Source: Halarcobacter sp. (GTDB taxonomy: Bacteria; Campylobacterota; Campylobacteria; Campylobacterales; Arcobacteraceae). Taken from it: a stretch of 64,000 bases of DNA. The stretch lies in assembly GCA_048571215.1 (NCBI GenBank), contig CP182352.1, forward strand, positions 352,001 to 416,000. Reading direction: 5' to 3'. The notes under the pieces are model-generated. The model worked only from the letters and a program-made list of their open reading frames with translations. It made no database searches and was not told the DNA's origin. This document shows, piece by piece, positions 59,816 to 64,000 of this stretch (the first letter of the stretch is position 1; each line of letters begins with the position of its first letter). Both the position numbers and the translations under genes were made by a program.

Positions 59816-61174
59816 AAGGATAACTTTTGCCAACATTAGAAAACTAAAAAATCCAACAATATCTGTTACTGTTGTAAGTAATACGGTACTTCCTATAGCT
59901 GGGTCTATATCAAACTTTTTAAGTAAAAGTGGAATAGATGCTCCAAAAAAACCTGCACTAAATAGATTTATAACCATGGACATAGCTATTACTAATCCAA
60001 GTAAAGCAGTGTTGAACCATACCCAAGCAATTAGACCAATAAGTATTGCAAAAAGTAACCCATTAAATAAAGAGATAAAAACCTCTTTTTTTATAGCATC
60101 TTTACTATTATCAAAATCAATATCCCCTAAGGCTAACTGTCTAACCATAACGGCAAGGGTTTGAGTACCTGCATTTCCACCCATAGAGGCAACTATTGGC
60201 ATTAAAATAGCTAAAGCAACAAAAGCCTCTATAGTTTTATCAAATAAACCTATTACCAGTGAAGCCAAAATTGCAGTTCCTAGGTTTAAAAACAACCACA
60301 AGGCTCTTTTTTTTGCTGTTGTAAAAAGATTGTCATCATGCTCAAATTCATCATTTACCCCAGCTAATTGGTACATTTGTTCTGTTGCATTCTCTTCAAT
60401 TACATCAAGAATATCATCATTTGTGATTCTTCCCATTAGCATATCTTGATATCCTACAACTGCTACAACACTTAAGTCATATTTCTCAAATTGTTTTGCA
60501 ACTTCATCAATATCCTCTTTGTCATTTACAACATAAGGTTTAAATCTATTTTTTTCATGGGAAGAAATAATTTCATTATAAGTTTTTTCAAAATCAAAAA
60601 GAATTAAATCTTCAAGTAAAATTGAAGCTACTAAACTTTTGTCTTCATTTACAATATATACTTGATGAATATTTTCCAATTCATCTTCATCTTTACTCTG
60701 TTTTAGTCTATTTAAAGACTCTTGAATAGTCTCATTAACACTTGCAGAGAAAAGTTCTGTTTGCATATAAGAACCAGCTTCATCTTCATCATATCTTCTA
60801 AGCCAGTTTATCTCTTTTTGGTCATTTTCTTCTAGACCTTCAAAAACCTCTTTTGCTTTTTCTTCATTTAACTCTTCTATCTCTTGGATAATATCTGTTG
60901 CATCATCTGATTCAAGTTCATCAACTATATCTGTAAGTTTTTCAATTGAGAGTTCTTCATAAACATCATCTCTTAGGTTATCGGGTAATTCTAAGATAAC
61001 TTCACCTAAGAGGTCTTCAGGTATAGATTTTACAACTCTGAAGAAATCTTCTGTACTGTGTTTTTCAATTTTTTTAAGTGAATAGGCTATATCACTAGGA
61101 TGTAAGTCATTAAGCTTTTTTAGTAGTTTATCAGGATTTTTGATAACTATTTCATGCTTATTATCTTTAGCCAT
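59810..61174 (-). CDS. mgtE: Magnesium transporter MgtE
   Basis: MgtE N domain, CBS pair, PIVASMGGNAGTQ, DPA, TTVTD. Confidence 0.94.
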   Translation of the reverse strand: MAKDNKHEIVIKNPDKLLKKLNDLHPSDIAYSLKKIEKHSTEDFFRVVKSIPEDLLGEVILELPDNLRDDVYEELSIEKLTDIVDELESDDATDIIQEIEELNEEKAKEVFEGLEENDQKEINWLRRYDEDEAGSYMQTELFSASVNETIQESLNRLKQSKDEDELENIHQVYIVNEDKSLVASILLEDLILFDFEKTYNEIISSHEKNRFKPYVVNDKEDIDEVAKQFEKYDLSVVAVVGYQDMLMGRITNDDILDVIEENATEQMYQLAGVNDEFEHDDNLFTTAKKRALWLFLNLGTAILASLVIGLFDKTIEAFVALAILMPIVASMGGNAGTQTLAVMVRQLALGDIDFDNSKDAIKKEVFISLFNGLLFAILIGLIAWVWFNTALLGLVIAMSMVINLFSAGFFGASIPLLLKKFDIDPAIGSTVLLTTVTDIVGFFSFLMLAKVILL

Positions 61175-62364
61175 TAAATCTTCCTTGGATTGATTTGTGT
61201 AGCTGAAGCAGTTCTATCAAGTTTCATAGGCTTTAATAAATTAATCTCATCAATACTTGATACTAGCTCTTTAGATAAAGTTTTTGTATAAGTTAAAAAC
61301 TTAGCTTTTTCCTTCCCTTTTAGTTTGCTTTTTGTTACTTTGATAATTTTTAGTGGATCTATTGCTCTTCCATTTTTATATAACCCTAAGTGTAGATGTG
61401 GTCCTGAACTAAGCCCAGTACTTCCCACATAACCAATAAGTTGACCTTTCTTAACTCTACTTCCTACTCTTAATCCACCTCTAAATTTACTTTGGTGGGC
61501 ATACAATGTTCTAAGACCATTTTTATGTTGGATAATTATGGTATTACCATATCCACCTTTTCTTCCCCTAAAAACAATCCTTCCATCAGCAGCAGCATGG
61601 ATTCTTGTACCCCTTGCAGCTGCATAATCAACCCCTAGGTGTGCTCTATATCTTTTAAGTACTGGATGCCATCTTTTTCTTTGAAATCTACTTGATATTC
61701 TTTTATATTTAACTGGTGTTCTAAAAAAGAAATTTGTAAGACTTTTCCCAGTATTGTCATAATATTTATCATCTTTAGGATTTTTAAAAATATAGTTTTT
61801 GTGTTTATTTATCTCAACTAAAGCTCCTATAATATCAGGCTGCCCAAAATATTTACCTAGTCTTATTTTTTGTTTATATTTAATAACAACATGATCACCT
61901 TTTTGCATACCTCTAAAGTTTACACTTGAACTAAAGGCTCTTATTAATTCATTTGCCAAATCTTTGTTATTTGTTTTTTCCATAATATCAAGGTATGGTG
62001 AGTGATGTATCTCTAAAACTAAGGTTTCTTCAATCTCATCGTATTTTATAGGTAAGGTTTGAAAAGTGTATGTTCCATCATCTTTTTTATATACATGAAG
62101 TTGAATATCTTCTGATATAGGTATAAGTACCTGTTTTAATGTTTTTTTATCATCATCTAATAAAAGATGATAAAGAGTTCCTGCTGTAATCTCTGAACAT
62201 AACTCTTTATCCTCTTTTTCTAAGTTAAAATATAAGGATTGTGGGATTGAGTATTTTTGTAAAAATGTTAGAAATGTTTCGCCTCTTGGCCAACTTAACT
62301 CTTGGACTTCCTTTGAAAAACCTAAGGAAATAATAAGTACTAAAAGTAAAATAATTTTCTTCAC
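61174..62364 (-). CDS. M23 family peptidoglycan DD-endopeptidase
   Basis: HLGVDY, GYGN, YAHQ, GSTGLSSGPHLH. Confidence 0.92.
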   Translation of the reverse strand: MKKIILLLVLIISLGFSKEVQELSWPRGETFLTFLQKYSIPQSLYFNLEKEDKELCSEITAGTLYHLLLDDDKKTLKQVLIPISEDIQLHVYKKDDGTYTFQTLPIKYDEIEETLVLEIHHSPYLDIMEKTNNKDLANELIRAFSSSVNFRGMQKGDHVVIKYKQKIRLGKYFGQPDIIGALVEINKHKNYIFKNPKDDKYYDNTGKSLTNFFFRTPVKYKRISSRFQRKRWHPVLKRYRAHLGVDYAAARGTRIHAAADGRIVFRGRKGGYGNTIIIQHKNGLRTLYAHQSKFRGGLRVGSRVKKGQLIGYVGSTGLSSGPHLHLGLYKNGRAIDPLKIIKVTKSKLKGKEKAKFLTYTKTLSKELVSSIDEINLLKPMKLDRTASATQINPRKI

Positions 62365-62461
62365 TGTGCTATTGTCTCTTTCTTTATAAAAAAATTAGAG
62401 TTTCTATTATACAATTGCACAACTTAATTAGTTATAAACGTTTATTTAAAGGGATTAATAG

Positions 62462-63421
62462 TTGAAGAAGATTTTAGTATTTTTATTGGTTTTTGTGTCA
62501 TATTCATGTGCAGATTTAGTTGAGCTGTATAGAAGTCAAGGTTTAGAAGCTGTGAAGCAAGAGTTAGAAGCTGAACTTATGAAAAAAGAGTATTGGGATA
62601 GTTATTTAAAAAATAGAAATGTTGATTTAGGTTATTACGAATCAAAAAAATTTGTATTGATTACTCAAAAAGATTCAAAAGAGATAGCTTTATATAAAGT
62701 TGGAAAAAGTAAAAATGATTTACTTTTAAGAGATAGTGTAATAGTTGGAGAAGTATCTGGAGATAAACAAGAAGAGGGGGATATGAAAACTCCAATTGGA
62801 GCTTATGAGTTTACGAATAAACTTACAAAGTTAGATGAGTTTTATGGTCCCTTAGCCTTAGTTACTTCGTATCCAAACAGTTTTGATAAGGCACTAGATA
62901 AAAAAGGTCATGGAATTTGGCTACATGGGATGCCACTAAATGAAAAAAGAGAAGAATATACAAAAGGTTGTATTGCTATAGATAATCCAAAACTTGAAGA
63001 GATTGATAGTTTGATTGATCCTGAAAAATCTGTAATTTTAATTTCAAATGAAAGTGATTTAAAAACTTCAAAAGATGAGATTAGCACAATATTATCTTTT
63101 ATTTTTAAATGGAGAAATGCTTGGAAAGATTCAGATTTAGATGAGTATATAAAGTTTTATTCTAACTCTTTCAAAAGATATAATGGAATGGATTTTGAAC
63201 AGTTCAAAGAGTATAAACAAAGAGTGTTTTCAAAAGATGAAGATAAGGAAATAGAGTTTACAAATATAAATATTATGCCATATCCAAACTCACTAAATAA
63301 AAAAATGTTTAAAGTTTTGATGGATGAGGATTATAGAACTAGAACATATACTTTTGTAGGTACAAAAGAGTTGTATTTGGAGTTAAAAGACAATAAAATC
63401 CAAATACTTTCAGAAGGTTAA
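62462..63421 (+). CDS. L,D-transpeptidase/carboxypeptidase (Csd6/Pgp2-like)
   Basis: GDMKTPIG, YPN, GIWLHG, TKGCIA; C-terminal NTF2-like region. Confidence 0.85.
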   Translation: MKKILVFLLVFVSYSCADLVELYRSQGLEAVKQELEAELMKKEYWDSYLKNRNVDLGYYESKKFVLITQKDSKEIALYKVGKSKNDLLLRDSVIVGEVSGDKQEEGDMKTPIGAYEFTNKLTKLDEFYGPLALVTSYPNSFDKALDKKGHGIWLHGMPLNEKREEYTKGCIAIDNPKLEEIDSLIDPEKSVILISNESDLKTSKDEISTILSFIFKWRNAWKDSDLDEYIKFYSNSFKRYNGMDFEQFKEYKQRVFSKDEDKEIEFTNINIMPYPNSLNKKMFKVLMDEDYRTRTYTFVGTKELYLELKDNKIQILSEG

Positions 63422-63486
63422 AACTAACAATAAGAGCATTTTAGATATAATCGCCCCTAATTAACAACCATAATTTAAGGCGAAAG

Positions 63487-64000
63487 ATGCAAAAAGAAGA
63501 GATGAATCTTGAAGAGATAGCACTTGCTCACTCTTTAACACTTGACGAATTAGAAAATATCAAAGAGATTTTAGGAAGAGAACCAAACTATGTAGAGATT
63601 GGTGTCTTTTCTGCTATGTGGTCTGAACATTGTTCATATAAATCTAGTAAGAAGTATTTAAACGGTTTCCCAACTAAAGCACCATGGGTTATTCAAGGTC
63701 CAGGTGAAAATGCTGGTGTTATTGATATTGGTGATGGTTATGCAGCAGTATTCAAAATGGAATCACACAATCACCCTTCATTTATTGAACCATACCAAGG
63801 AGCTGCTACTGGTGTTGGTGGTATTATGAGAGATGTTTTTACTATGGGAGCACGTCCTGTTGCAAGTATGAACCTAATCCAATTTGCTGGAGTTGAAGGT
63901 GATAGTGAAACTGCAAAAAAACATAGATTTCTTTTAAGAGGTGTTGTTGCTGGTATTGGTGGATATGGAAACTGTATGGGTGTTCCAACTATTGGTGGGC
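63487..64000 (+). CDS. purL: Phosphoribosylformylglycinamidine synthase subunit PurL (5' part)
   Basis: Manual translation: [36 protein letters not shown]. Confidence 0.95.
   Translation, partial: MQKEEMNLEEIALAHSLTLDELENIKEILGREPNYVEIGVFSAMWSEHCSYKSSKKYLNGFPTKAPWVIQGPGENAGVIDIGDGYAAVFKMESHNHPSFIEPYQGAATGVGGIMRDVFTMGARPVASMNLIQFAGVEGDSETAKKHRFLLRGVVAGIGGYGNCMGVPTIGG

Overview
AT-rich Campylobacterota chromosome segment, most likely Arcobacteraceae (tmRNA tag ANNTNYAPAYAKAA, gene content). Left part (1-29.6 kb): feoAB, fur and a flavodoxin; a cytochrome c peroxidase next to a frameshifted PAS-PAS-GGDEF-EAL gene; a glucosylglycerate synthesis/phosphorolysis cluster running into galU-zwf-pgl-edd-eda-pgi; and a Fur-boxed imelysin/di-heme iron locus. 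Middle (29.7-39.7 kb): an accessory region at the 3' end of ssrA, built from tandem integrase-less cassettes separated by repeated copies of the tmRNA 3' end. The cassettes carry TA/defence-like cargo, AlpA remnants and three copies of a ~540-bp two-armed, covarying structured non-coding element. One copy is interrupted by an IS110 whose left end encodes a readable bridge RNA, with all four guide segments matching its own target and donor junctions. Right part (40-64 kb): housekeeping genes (norspermidine genes, rubredoxin, two ppk2, VWA/TPR, tig, clpP, def, cti, YifB/ComM, era, T2SS/competence genes, folE, mgtE, M23 peptidase, L,D-peptidase, purL). All calls come from manual reading and motif recognition; no searches were run.
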